Shown here: one piece after another, positions 1 to 12,844 of the stretch | Numbering within the stretch: the stretch's first letter is position 1 | Layout of the letters: each line of letters begins with the position of its first letter | DNA from: Lama glama | Taxonomy: Eukaryota | NCBI GenBank assembly: GCA_028534125.1 | Contig: CM052818.1 | Coordinates: 7,194,001-7,258,000 of the forward strand | Direction: 5' to 3' | DNA: 64,000 nucleotides | Program-made: the position numbers and the translations under genes | Notes under the pieces: generated by a model | What the model was told of the DNA's origin: nothing | The model's input: the letters and a program-made list of their open reading frames with translations, nothing else | Database searches by the model: none

Positions 1-1411
1 CTCGCCCGCATTTGTAAGGCTGGGCTTCAGGATCAAAACAAACCCCACCTCCCTTCCCCCAGCAGCAGGCAAATGCTTTTTAACTCTGGACACCCTCGCC
101 ATAAATTCTAGATCTTCAAGGTAGAATGAGGAAGATGTGGGAAATTAGTGCCCCCTTTTAAAAAGAACAAAACCATCAAGTGTTCCAGTTGTCTTTGTGT
201 CTTATTTTCACAAAGTGATGTCCCAACAGGGAAGAACATGAGCCTGTGTGTGACCTCCAAGTCCCAGTTTGAGGGCAGGATGGGCTTCCAGATGCCACCC
301 GGCGGCAGTGCCTTCTCCTCTCTAAAGGACATCCCGTGGCATTCAGAGTCAAGCAGGCAGTTGGAGGTGCCTTTACGAGAAAGACATGCTGGGTGGGGCT
401 GGGAGAGGACAGTTATTGACAGTGATGTGCAATGAAGTGACAAGATGAGAGCAGAATAATAAGAGCTTTGAATTTGAAGTGATTTTTTTTCATAAGTTAT
501 TTATTCCTTTTTTTTCTGTGTAAATATATTTATTTTACTGTGGAGCTCTCACAACATCTGGATCGTAACATGTGCAGAATGTATGGTAGGAATGTATTCT
601 CTCGTAGGAATGTCAATCTGTATTACAAGGGGGTCCAAGCCCGACCCCTGGATCTTTTCATCATGTGCACAGTCCACACTCATTTGTACTCTCTCCTCTA
701 ATATGGGTCTCTTTGAAATATGCAAAAGGTATGGATGAGGAATGTTTTAATACCTCCAAATTTTTAAGAAAATCAAGCATCAAAGGGTTGATATTTTTAA
801 ACGTTTTTTTAGTCACACTTTCTCTTTATGACAGAAGGGGCAACCACACTGACACCCTCATTCACACCGGAGGGTAAGAACTCGCCAGAGCCACCTCCAC
901 CTGAGTGTCTTTCTCAGTCGTGCTCTTTATTGCCATAGCCCGTTGGAGTGTCCCAACTGCCCTGAGGTCAATCAAGGAAAATTCTCAGATAAATAATCTC
1001 CAAAGAGCCAAAGTGTCAACTTACAGATCATTTTTAAAGCATACATTTATTAACCACCTTTGTGGTAAATAATGAATTATGAATCCACAGGGCAGCCTTC
1101 TCAAATGACAGACGTAAAAAAGACGAGAGAGACTCTACTTTGTGCCGCGATTGTTATCCTTTGTATGAATTGTCTTAATTTCAAAATCTTGCTGTTCCAA
1201 ATTGGACCTTTATATGCTTTCTGAAAATAACTGAAAAGAGCATATTTAACCTGTCCTGGCTGTAAATGGTTAACTTCTTGTAACTGCCAATGGCGAGTTG
1301 CAGCGAGGTGTGTGCGTCCCACTTATGTACATTTGTTTTCAGGGCTTCTAAGAATGAGTCTAAATGGTTCTTGAAAATTAGCCAGGATCAAATGCTATTG
1401 CAGACAAAGCC

Positions 1412-1417
1412 AATAAA
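1412..1417 (+). terminator. Proximal polyadenylation signal (AATAAA)
   Basis: AATAAA followed by U/GU-rich sequence (tttttcggcgtctttttgggg). Confidence 0.5.
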
Positions 1418-1734
1418 AATTTTCGGCGTCTTTTGGGGATCACAAGTTTGGAAGAGAAGTGCGGTCATACGAGCAAAACACCAAGATTTGGAAAAGATGT
1501 ACATAGTGATATGTTTGGTGCATGGTTTTTGAGGAAGGCTTTTGTCAAAAAGGAGGTGTAACCTTTTCCCCCACAGACCTGAGAGCTGTGCCTTTTCTAT
1601 GCAATATTACAGACATTACATCGGAACCCAGGTGGCTGTACTCACATGTAGGTTTGGGCTGTAATCTAAAACAATTGGACAGATTAAATGTACATGGAAA
1701 TGAGCAGTCTTACTTTTGTAGTTTTATATTATAC

Positions 1735-1740
1735 AATAAA
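1735..1740 (+). terminator. Distal polyadenylation signal (AATAAA)
   Basis: AATAAA with TGTA elements upstream and GU/U-rich gcgtgtttgcagttttcctttt downstream. Composition shifts to GC-richer intergenic DNA afterwards. Confidence 0.75.
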
Positions 1741-2651
1741 CAGTTAAAAGAAGAGAGAGGCGTGTTTGCAGTTTTCCTTTTGCCGGAAGCACAGCCAGCT
1801 CGGATGCCACAGGTTGCTCGTGTGAAGGAACGGTCCATGGGTGGGGCCTCTGCCCAGCTTGGTCATGCTGACGCCCTCCCACCATCTTGGTCTCTGAGGG
1901 GAGCACTTTCCCTTGCTGGCTCTCCCCCGCCTCTTAGGCCCTTCTCGAACCTCCTCCCCCAACTCTCTTAAATACTATTTTTTTCCAGGGTTTGGTCCGA
2001 GAGCAGCTCTCTGCTGAGCCTCCACTCCTGCTTGCTCTCCCAAGAGGAACTAATCCACTCAGGTCTCTGAAAACTTGTTTCCGGTTCCTACCTCTCCCCA
2101 GCTCTGGGTTTTAAGTATCCACTGAGCTTGGTCCTCTCACACTCGGTGAGTCTGAAACAGCCTCGTTTCCCCCACGGGGCTGATCCTTCACCTCTGGGCC
2201 TCTCTTTGGCCTCATCCCCCTCCCCCCAGGTGTGATTCCGCCACCTTCTCTCTTAAACCTACCTTGGCTTCCCCAACGCGGGCCTCTTCTCTCCTGGTCT
2301 CCCATCATATTGCACCTGCTTCCTAACTGCCATGATCTTTTCTCTACCTCCTTGATGCTAGAGCTGGCATTCCAGCTCTAGTGGTTTATGAATCTGTTGC
2401 ACATTCTCCAGCAGCCACCCCCTCCTGCTTCACATTTATCCAGTCCAGCCATCCCCCACCATCGTCCACCAGTCAGTGGAGGGGACCCTGTACAATCTCC
2501 TCGCAGCTGGGCCATCTTTGAGAGTCGTGGGATCCAACCTCACCTGCTCAGGCAGCTTTGGGCCACTATGCCAGCTGGTGAGGGAATGGGGCTGAATACA
2601 AAGGTTCTATTCAATCAAAAATGGGATATAGTGGGGGGGGGGTGTTGGAGG

Positions 2652-3085
2652 TGTTATGGATTGAATGACATGCTCCAAAAAGGAGATGTTGAAGTCCTAA
2701 CCCCCAACACCTGAGAATGTGACCTTAATTTAGAAATGGGGGCTTTACAGTGAGAACCAAATTTAAATAAGCTTATTATGGCTGGCTCTAATCCAATATG
2801 ACTAGTGTCCTTACAAAAAAGAGGAGGTTTCGACACAGAAGAGCACAGAGAACACCATGTGAAGAAGGCACAGATCAGGGTACTGTGTCTACATGCCAAG
2901 AACACCAAAGATCAGCAAACCAGCTGGGGAGTAGCATGGGCCAGTCTTCCTCCTCACAGCCCTCAGAAGGAGCCAAACCTGCTGACACCCCAGCCTCTGA
3001 CTTCTAGCCTCCAAAACAATAAATTTCTATTGTTGAAGCCACTGCATTTGTGGGACTGTGTTACGGAGGCTCTAGCAGATGAACA
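2652..3085 (+). mobile_element. MLT1 (MaLR) solo LTR
   Basis: Typical 5' end tgttatggattgaat...gttgaagtcctaacccc...gaatgtgacctta and 3' end aataaatttctattgttgaagccac...tgttacggaggctctagcagatgaaca. Confidence 0.85.
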
Positions 3086-3649
3086 CGGGGGAGAAGAGGC
3101 TACGCTCTGACCAGACATCCCGGTGGAGATACTCATTAGGCAGCTCGAAGAGACTGTTGCTCAGCAGAGAGGTTTGTCTCTGGAATAAGAGCATCTGCTA
3201 TTAATTAGGGAATTTGGGGGACTTGTTCAATGTCTCTGTGTTTGTGAGAGCAAGATAAAGCCATAGCTCCTAAAACACTTTGAAAATGTCGACCGTGCAA
3301 TGAAAATGCAAGTTCGTCCTTCTCTATGGCAGGACAGAAGCATAGAGCATGGTCTTCCTTGTCTGGGCCCCGGGCCCACTCCTGTCGGCCCTCTGGACAT
3401 CCCCATTGCCAGCACACTGCATACCTTGGCTGGTGCCCCCAGTTTTGTTTGTGGAAATTCTCCCCATCACTCCAGGGCCAAGCTCAGTGCCCATCCGTGA
3501 AACCTCCGCACCTCCTCTTTTGGAGGGTTCTGCCTCTGCCAAGGCACTTAGCAAGACCTGCCATATCTCAGGCTAGCTGTGCGCCCTTGCTTCCTGTGCC
3601 ACCCTCTGTTGGTCTGAAAAACAGCCACCCTGTGATGTTCATCTTTGCC

Positions 3650-3845
3650 AGAGGTCAGTTCTTGGGCCAAATCCTGCTCGCTGCCTGTTTGTGTAAGTTT
3701 CATTGGAACAAAGTCATATTCATTGATTTGTGTGTTGTCTGTGGCTACTGTCCTACTACAGTGGCATAGAGACCATCTGGCCCTCCAAGTTTAAAATATT
3801 TGCTCTCTGGCCTGTGACAGAAAAAGCTTATTAAACCTCGATCTT
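3650..3845 (+). mobile_element. MER58-like hAT-Charlie DNA transposon remnant
   Basis: gggccaaatcc...gcctgtttgtgtaagtttcattggaac...aaaatatttgctctctggcctgtgacagaaaaag resembles the MER58A consensus from memory. Confidence 0.7.
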
Positions 3846-4184
3846 TGCAAACCATGCAATGTTTAGAACAGTGTCTGACCATAGTTGAGTTCAGGTCATT
3901 GTCTCTGTGCTCAGGGCCTTGCACAGACTGGGACGTACAGCCCTGGAAATGAATACCATACAGGTGCAGGGGTGGGGGTCCCAAGGACACAGAGCACTGG
4001 AGGTGGGGGTGCGAGGGCCGAAGAGGGCAGAGGAGTCGGAAAAGTCACACAAGAGTAGATGACTTCAGAGCTTTTAAGACCTGGGAGGAGGCTTAGATGT
4101 GGACCTTCTGGCCCAAGGGCCTGGTTTTACAGATGTGAAAGCTGAAATACGGAGAGGGGAAGTGATTCTTGTTAAGGCAAGAGT

Positions 4185-4400
4185 GCGTATAGCACAGAGG
4201 GTTCAAAGCTTGGCTCTGCAACTAGCCCGCCTGAGTTTGAATCCTGGCTCCTGTAACCTTGGGCGAGTTCCCGAAGCTCTCTGTACCTCAGCTTGATGAG
4301 AGTAATAACTGAACTTTTCTCATGCAACAGCGGGGATTAAAGGAGTCCAGACATGTGAAGCACTTAAACAGTTCTACGGCGTTAAAGAAATGTGCAAATG
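4185..4400 (+). mobile_element. MIR SINE
   Basis: cctgagtttgaatcctggctc...aaccttgggcgagtt...ctctctgtacctcag core, then gtgaagcacttaaacag. Confidence 0.7.
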
Positions 4401-7400
4401 TTAGCTCCAGCTAACATGACAGCAGCAAGGCCAAAATCTAGGCCTCTGCCTGGTGTGGGGTTTGAGCTTGGGCCATTAAGCAAAGTGGTGACCTCCTATC
4501 TAATGCGGAAGGCACCTTCTGTGGGGGCATCACCGTTTCCTAACGCCACGTGGTCGTCATGGCGCTCAGCTATGCATTTACAGAGGACACTGCTGGGAGC
4601 TTGAGTGGCAATCTGAGGTCCCAGAGTCCCTATAGTCTCTTCTGTCCTTGCTTTTAATGTCCGTTTGCTCCTCTTGGAAAGGAATCTTAACCGAGTCTGG
4701 TGTAATGGTCCCCAGGGCTACCACTTCCTGAGCGCTCACGCATGCCAGGCACCACTAAGTGCTGTGTGCGTGATCTCACGGACTCTGTCCCGGCCCTTCA
4801 AGGTTTGTCTTACCACCTTCGCTTTGCACAGGAGGCTGTTGAGGCTCAGAGAGGCTAAGCAGCCTCCCAAAGTTCACACGTCCCAGTTTGAGCTTTACCT
4901 TTTCCCCTTGCCTGACCTTGGACGCGCTGCCCACCCCTCCTCTTCTCCACCAGGGTGTGGCTGCCTCCTGACACACCAAGGCATTACCCCGAGGGACAAG
5001 AGAGGAAGATGTCCCAGTGGGGCCAGCAGTGAACCATGAGTTGGGACTGCTTTTACAGGACTGAAGTCACTGTGTGACCTCAGGCTGGCCACTTCCCTTT
5101 TAAGGAACACAGTTGGCTCAGTGGCAAAGGAAGGAGGCAGGACTAACTTCATGCCACATGCTTCGGGCCGTGGTTCTTCTTGGCTACAAGTTAGAATCAT
5201 GGGGGCCTCTGCCAGCATCTCTGGGCACGGACCCCCAGGCCTCGGGGATTTTATAAAAGCTCTCAGGTGGGAGGAGAGCCACTGCTCTAACTTCTCCGGA
5301 GCCAGGCTTCCAGGCTTCTGGGATGCCGGGGCGTGCACATAGCCGGAAGGCGCACACGCGGTCATTGTCCCTGGAGCTGGGAACCCCCTCGTGGCAGGCT
5401 GACTGCCCCCCCCCCGGCCTCACAGCCCGCTCGCGGCCTCCCCCTCCCTCTTTCCCTCCCTCCTCAGGCAGAGCGGCCAAGCTGCCAGCTGCTAGCAAGG
5501 CCTATTGTTCAGCGGTGACAAGAAATGGCTGCAGGAGCCCAGGCCCAGGAAAGGCTGGAGACAGAAGGGGGAGGGGTGGGCCGAGCTGGGGAAATGTGTC
5601 CCAGCACGGGCTTCTCAGGGGCTTGGCCTGCCTGCCTGGAAGCCGGAGCCCAAACACACCAACAGACCTTTTCACACTTGTCTTCTCAGGATGTCATCAG
5701 TGGAGGACGTGCATGTCACTGTTTTTTGTGTGTTAGTGTTACCCAGTCAGGCTGCCTCTAGAAAAGGATTTATGGTCACTTGTCTCCCGGCTGAGTGCCG
5801 AAAACAGTGCCAGGTGGCCGAGTGCTTTTGAAATGGTGGTTTTCGAAGTCAGTCCAATCCACGCGCTCCTGGGGAGTGCTGCCTCCTTGGGCCTGGAGAG
5901 GCTCCAGGCATGGTGATAATCATCCTGGACATGTGTGTATAGCTCAGTGGTGTAGGAAGCATTCGTTTGATTCTCAGGGCAGCATCCTTGGGAAAGCTGA
6001 CGTCCACGGAGAGCCCAAGGCTGCTGAGCGGAGGAGTCCGGGCAGGGCTGTAGACCCAGGCTCTGGACTCCTACCTACATTACCTTCTGGTGCTTCCGAG
6101 CTTAAAGAAACCAGCCAGAAACTTAGTTATAAAAATTAGGGTCAACAGCCGGCTATGGGGCTAGAAGTGACATCTTCTCTTGGAGCTTTGTAACAGACTC
6201 AGCGGGAGCTGAAGCCATTCAGAGCTTCCATTCTGTCCTTTCTGTCCCTGAGCACCTCCCTCCCCTCCACACACACAAGCTCCCAGGGTTGAGGGGAGCA
6301 GAAGGGGCTCAGGTAAGGGGGCCGGTAATGCCCTTCCCCAGGTTCTAGGCTGTTAGGCATGGGTCAGTTGTGACCCATGGAGCCATCCCAAATACTCAAC
6401 CTAAAAGCAAGTTAGGTTCTCAGAGGGTCAGCCCAGCCCTGAGACAAATCCCAAGTTTTTCCTTCCCCCAGATTGCTGCTCCTAAGTCTTACCAGTGTAG
6501 ACCTGCTGTCCCCCTGCCCGTGTGCTGGTCTCTACCTCCCTGCTCTACCTTCCCTCCCACCCTCCTCAATCTCTGACTCTCAGCCGCTCTATCTCCCTTC
6601 TCTTCCCTTTTGGTCTCTCTCGGCCTCCGTCCGTCTCCTACTTTACTACTTGAAGCCAGCTTTGCTACCACAGTCGCCAGATGACACAGGCCTCTCCGCC
6701 CTGCGGTCTTCTCACTCCTCAGAGGTCCAGGGCTTCTGGGTCACCAGGCAAGGGTCCCCGGAGCCCCTTGAGAGGGGCTCACCTGCTGGTCCAGGGCTCT
6801 GAGTATGTGACCTCCCCACCCGGGGCCGTCCAGCCTCCCAGCTGTGGGTCATTTGAGATAAGAGTTTTCCAGCTATTTTTCCAGGTTGACCTGAGCAGCT
6901 CTGACTGGATTGAGTACAACGGGGCTACGAGCGTGGAGGGAGATTCTAGGCACCAGGGAGGGGCTTCCCGGGCTGGCTGAGCTGGTGGGGTGCCGGGAAC
7001 TGGGGTAGGTGGGCTGCGAGGAAAGGTGTCCCCCTGGGAGAGGAACAGGAGCTGTGGCGCTGGCAGGAAGTGGGCAGCAGAAGAGGCTTGGCCAAGCAAA
7101 CAGACTGTGCAGTGTGGGCAGGGGCTGCTTGGGACCCTGACTGAGGGCTGACAGGTTGGGGCTGAGAGCCAGTTCCCTCAGGGAGATGGAGGAGGGGGTC
7201 ACTATCTTCTGTAAAGCACCTTCTCTATGCTGGACACTGGGGTGGGCCTTGTCGCCACCTGCTCACTCATCCAGACAGGGAAACTGAGGCCCAGAAAAGT
7301 TAGGCAAGTTGTCCAAGGCAGCACAGCTGGTAATTGGGGGTCTGCATGTGCCTATGGGCTTCTGTTTGGCATGACGTTGACCCATCACACTGCTGTCCTG

Positions 7401-7865
7401 GGGGCCTAAGCCACACTGTGGGTCATTGTGCAGACACTGCCCTGCAGAAAGCTTGGACATGATCTCTAGCTGTCTCAGGGCTGGCTCAGAGGGGAATGAG
7501 AGGCCAGGAATAGGTTCTGGTCCCCAAAAGCTAGCAGTCAGCCTCCCCAGCCTGCCAGGCCCTCAGCTTGGCTAAAGGGAGAATAGGATGGGCAAGAGAG
7601 GACCTTTGGAGGCCAGAAGGGCTCCCATCCTCTACGACTGATCCTTGCAGGTCATAACACACAGAGGATAGAGCCCTTTCCAGCTAGAGACAGCCTGTGA
7701 GCTTGTCTGATGGCAGCAGCGGCATCAGGAAGACTGTGGCGGTGGCAGCTTCAGGTAAGGGAGCCCTGTGGTCCACTCGTTCTTTCATTCAGTGAGCTTT
7801 TACTGTCTCGTCCCTGAGTGTCCTCATCACAGTAGATGGTGCCTGCATTTTTGATGTTGTTGAGC

Positions 7866-7958
7866 TTTTTTTTTTTTTCCCTTAACAGAGACACTGGGGA
7901 TTGAACCCAGGGCCTCGTGCATGCCAGGCACACACTCTACCATTGAGCTATACCCTCT
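7866..7958 (-). mobile_element. tRNA-derived SINE (camelid vic-1-like)
   Basis: The reverse strand reads gggtatagctcaatggtagagtgtgtgcctggcatgcacgaggccctgggttcaatccccag (A and B boxes) plus an A tail. Confidence 0.85.
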
Positions 7959-10537
7959 GCCCCACTTTTTAAAAATTGATATAGTAGGTTTACAATGTTG
8001 TGGGGCCTGCATTTCTAACAAACTTCTAGGAGCTGCCAGTTCATGCACCACGCATTAAGTAGCCAAGTGTTAAATTATGTTACTCACTCCTGAGCTCTAA
8101 GCATTTGACAGGCTTTCTTGGAATGAAATCCAAAGTTCTTGTCATGGCTTTTGGGACCCCTGCTACTTCTCCAACCCTACATCTCCGCCTCCCCATCACC
8201 TTTGCTCCAGCCCCACCAGCCATCTGTTCTCCCCTCACACGTTGCTTCCTCATCACGCACCTCCCTGTGTTTATTTGATGCTAGTATCTCCCTCACCCAG
8301 CCGTAGTGGAATCTGTTTTTTGAGGCTGTCTCCCAGTGCCTGGTATAGAGGCCGACCCTTAGTAACCACCTGCTGAAGGAACGGGTGGACTAAATCCTGC
8401 TGGGTGCCGGGCTCCAGGACTGAACGGAGCAGACTGGTGCCTGCCCTCTGGAATCCACAGCCTTGTTCCCCAGGAGGAGGCAGGGATGGGCCAAGAAATC
8501 GAACAGGCATGGTGAAAATTTCCTGATCTCTTCCTGTGTCTGCCCTGAGTTGTTTCCCATGAAGTATCTCATTTAATCCTCACTACAGCTCAGCAAGGCA
8601 GTCGCTGTCATAAATGATCACCTACTTTCTGTTGTTCTTTAGGGCTCCACTTTCTCTCCCCTGGGCCAGTGGCCTGAGTGTCTCACCCTGTCCTCCCCCA
8701 GGGCCAAAGCTGGGGGGCCTGCACGGAGGGTTGGAGAAGAGGCCAGCCCTCCATCCCCTCCTCTTCTGTGCTCCCAGGCTGGCCCCAGGCATTTGAACCA
8801 GCCACTGCCCCCCTACACTGGTGAGGGTTGGGAGGGGTGAGAAGGAGGGCAGGTCAGGTTGGCTCCTTCCTAGAGGGAGGGGGGAGGCCTGGGAGCATCA
8901 TCCCAGGCCAGATAACTGATGGACGTGATTTGAGGAAATGGTGTGCGTGCTGGTCTTGCTGCCAGGTAAGAGATACTTCCCATCCCCAGTCGAGGGGGTT
9001 TTGTGCTTCGTCAGGACCGCCCCCTCCCCCACCACCTGAAGGGCTTTGCTGGGGAGCAGAGAACATCTGCTGGCAGCTGGTGCCGAGGGAGAGGGGCTGC
9101 CTGGCCTCACTCTGAAGGAGAGGGGAGTAGGCAGCAGAAATCTTTTTAAATTTATTTTTAAAGATGTTTTTGTTAATAGACTTTATTTTTAAGAGCATTT
9201 TTAGGTTTATTGAAAAATTATGGAAGAAAGGACAGAGTTCCCATATAAGTTCCTCTTCCTGCGTCATCAAGTTTCCCATTATTATTTTGCATTAATGTTT
9301 TACGTTTGTTACAACTGATGAGCCAATATTGATACATTATTATTATCTAAAGTCTACAGTTGACATTAAAGTTCACTCTCTGTGCTGTACCTTTGGGTGG
9401 GTTTTGACAAATGCATACTGTCACATGTCCACTGTTACACTGCCTTAACATCCTCTCTGTTTCTCCTGGTCATCCCTCCCCTCTCCTTCTGAGCCCCTGG
9501 CAACCACTGTTTCTAATGTCTCCCTAGTTTTGCCCTTTCCAGAATGTCATATAATTGGGATCATACAGCATGGAGCCTTTTTATGTTGGCTTCTTTCACT
9601 TAGCAATACACAGGTAAGGTTCCTCCATGTCTTTTCTTTTCTTTTTTTTTTTTTTTCCCTCCATGTCTTTTCATAGCTTTTTAGTGCATTTCTTTTCATT
9701 ACTGAATAATATTCCAGTGTTCCAGGCATACCACAGTTTGTCTATCCACCCATTCACCTATTGAAGGACATCTTGGTTTCCTCCAGTTTTTGGCAGTTAT
9801 GAATAATGCTGCCATAAACATTTGTGTGCAGCTTTTTGTGTGGACATAGTATTTCAACTCCTTTGGATAAATAATCTACGAGCATGACTGCTGGATCCTA
9901 TGGTTAAACGTATTCTTAGCTTTGCAAGAAACTGCCAAACAGTCCAAAATGACTGTGCCATTTGGCATTCTCACCAGGAAAGAATGAGAGTTCCTGTTGC
10001 TCCACATCCTGACCAGCATTTGGTGCTGCCAGTGTTTTGATGTGTGTGGTGATATCTCATTATTGCTTTAATTTGCAATTCCCTAATGATATATGATGTT
10101 TACAGTCTTTTCATATGCTTATTTGTCATCTGTATATCTTCTTTGGTGAGATATCTGTTCAGATCTTTTGCCCATTTTTAAATTAGGTTGTTTACTTAAT
10201 GTTGAAAAGTTCTTTCTGTATTTCGTATATCAGTCCTTTATCAGATATGTATTTTGCCAAGATTTTCTCCCAGTCTGTGGCTTTTTTTTTTCATTCTCCT
10301 AGTAGTGTCTTTCACAGAGCAAAAATGTTAAATTTTAATAAGTTCCGATTTATTATTTTCATGGATCATACTTTTGATATTTTACCTAAAAAGCTATCAC
10401 CAACCTAAGGTCATCTAGATTTTTGCCTATGTTATCTCATAGAAGTTTTAAATAGTTCTGCATTTTACATGTAAGTCTATGATCTGTTTTGAGTTAATTT
10501 TTGTGAAGAGCATAAGTTCTGTGTCCAGATTCTTTCA

Positions 10538-10539
10538 GT

Positions 10540-10573
<34 letters not shown>
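10538..10573. repeat. (GT)n microsatellite
   Basis: Seen directly. Confidence 0.95.
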
Positions 10574-10576
<3 letters not shown>

Positions 10577-10711
10577 AATGGCCATTTGTTCCAGTACCAT
10601 TTACTGAAAATACTATCCTGTCTCCATTGAATTGCCTTTGCCCTTTTGTCAAAGATGAATTGACTGTATTTGTGTGGATCTATTTCTGGGCTCTGTTGTC
10701 TTCCATTTAAA

Positions 10712-10860
10712 TTTATTTTTATTTCTTTTGAGGGTGAGGCAATTAGGTTTATTTATTTTTATTTATTTATTTATTAATTTATTAATGGAGGTACTGGGGA
10801 TGGAACCCAGGACCTCATGCATGCAAGCAAGCACTCTACCACTGAGCTATGTCCTCCCCA
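10712..10860 (-). mobile_element. tRNA-derived SINE (vic-1-like) nested in L1
   Basis: aattaggtttatttatt...ggaggtactggggatggaacccaggacctcatgcatgc...ctctaccactgagcta. Confidence 0.85.
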
Positions 10861-12784
10861 CCCTGCTTGCTATCTTGATTGCTGTAGCTTTATAGTAAGT
10901 TTGGAAGTTGGGTAGTCAGTCCTCCAACTTTGTTTTTCTTCTTTAATATTTTGTTGGCTGTCCTGGGTCTTTTGCCACTCTGTGTAAACTCTAAAGTCAG
11001 TTTGTCAATATCCACAAACTAACCTGCTGGAATTTTGATTGAGATTGTGTTTTCTCTCCTGGAGCATATAAACCTCCTGATGGTAGGGACCTTGTCTTGG
11101 TCAATAAGCTCCTCGGAGACCAGATGGTCTGGGGGCCCCAGATACCTGCCCCCTACCCCTACCCCAGGGAGGGGGAAGCTACCCCATTGCCCCTGAAACT
11201 TGACTGATGTCATATTTCCAGCCAGCCCTCTGGTTGGGAACAGAGCCTGATTTACCTGAGAGAACAACAGGGAAACATGGTATTTTCCCCTATGTGTTGA
11301 GGACCAGATTCAAAGCCTCCCTGATGATATGGCAGAACAGCAGCATGGGTTGTTCAGAAAAGGGATCCTATTGGAGGCAGAGAGGACTGGGTGGGAACCA
11401 GCTGTGCCCCAGCTACCACTTCCTCCAGCTTGTCCCCCCTCAACACAGAATACCTTATACCAACTGTGTTCCCTTAGCTCCTGCTCTGATCCATAGCATT
11501 TAGTGGCTGCCTAAGGCTATGAGGAAATATGCAAACCCCTTTTTAGGCTTTCGAGGCCCTGCTTTCTACTGTCCCACTGACTCTTCCAAAAGTCCCCTTC
11601 TAGGATGTCCTCCACCCCTCCCCACCTACAGGGCCCTGCCCATCCTCTGGACTCAGCCACACCCCCTCTGGGAACCCTCCCTGACTGCCCCTGCACACAG
11701 GCTCCTGGGGGCCTCCTGTCAGCACCCCTGTTAGCTTGCTCAGCTCACGGGGTGTTGAGGATCGCTGGGGCCCATTTCAGAGCTCAGGCTCCAGAAGAAC
11801 AGGGACTGAGTCCAGGGACTGTGAGCGCCAGCTGGCTGCTGAGTGTGACTTGTTGGAAGGGGAAGGAGGGAAGACCGAGGGGCCTCCCAGCGGGAGAGGA
11901 CCTTTGTCTCCCTCTTGGTGGGACCAGACCCCTAAGAGCATACCAGCTCAGAGAGGTGGGGCGCAGTGCCCTGGAGGGGGTCCATGCAGCAGTCCCTGCC
12001 CCCACACCCCTTCCTCCCCCCAGTGTGGAGCCAGCCAAGTTGACTCAAGTGGCAGGAAAAATGTCCCCCCCCTTCCAAGCTGCTGCACATCTGTGCCCAG
12101 ACAAAGCCAGCTATTAATCCTAGCTTTTGTGTGAGTGTTTGGGTGTTGAATTCCACTTGGATCTGCCGGCTTTTGGAAGGGGAGATTGGAGGGGATTTAG
12201 TGACAATAAAAGGAACCCACTGAGGAGAATGGGAGGGGCCAGGGCAGCTAAGAAACCCAAGTGCATTCACGCCGAGCCTGGTCAAGGCTCCTGGGAGCCC
12301 AGCGTCAGCCAGAGCCTAGCAGGGCTCCCAAATTCCCAGGGTCTGAGTCACAAAAAGGGGCCACTCCCCAGGAGAAAAACAGCAGCTTCACGGGCTTGCT
12401 TTCCACTCCAGATGCTGCCTGGGCCTCGGCCCCAGCCTGACAGGACCCGGGCACTGCCCCGGCACTGCCTCTTTCAGACTAGGGCAGCCCATTACCCAGA
12501 GAAGTCCGGGATGGGGAGAGACTGGACATAGGGATCAGGGGGAAGGCTGGAGCCCCAGGGGCTGAGTCCAGATCAGGAAGAGCACCAAAGTCACCAGGAG
12601 TCCCCAGCTGAGTCAACAGCACGGCAATAAGGGCAGAGGGCCTGAGGCAGTGGGCTGCCTAGGGGTTTGGGTCTGGCTCTCCTGAGGAGTCCATGGGCAC
12701 CAGGTCCAGGGAATTCAGCCCCCACAAACCCTAACTCTGGCAGAGGCATCAAACACTCAGAATAGCCCAAGACAGGGTCATGGG

Positions 12785-12844
12785 GTGTGTGTGTGTGTGT
12801 GTGTGTGTGCCTGTGTGTCTGTGTCTGTCTGTCTGTCTGTCTGT
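12785..12844. repeat. Compound (GT)n/(CTGT)n microsatellite
   Basis: Seen directly. Confidence 0.95.

Larger units (their letters stand above)
1..1760 (+). other. SERTAD2: Distal part of a long 3'UTR, probably of SERTAD2 (CDS upstream of the window)
   Basis: Repeat-free, AU-rich sequence with ARE, PUM and miRNA-seed motifs, ending at AATAAA 1735-1740. The gene name rests on recalled human synteny (SERTAD2 tail-to-tail with AFTPH, roughly 40 kb apart). No coding sequence is visible. Confidence 0.7.
9150..11050 (-). mobile_element. Old L1M LINE fragment (3'UTR plus ORF2 3' end), interrupted by (GT)n and a SINE
   Basis: Antisense L1 motifs such as tggcttctttcacttagcaata, ataatgctgccataaacatttgtgtgcag, ttgctccacatcctgaccagcatttgg and ctccattgaattgcctttg. 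Confidence 0.85.

Noticed and set aside
148..435. 95-aa ORF at the window start
   Set aside because: Non-ATG start, no recognisable domain, and it lies in apparent 3'UTR sequence.
5925..5995. tRNA/SINE-like tatagctcagtgg motif
   Set aside because: A-box-like only, with no convincing B box, tail or TSD.
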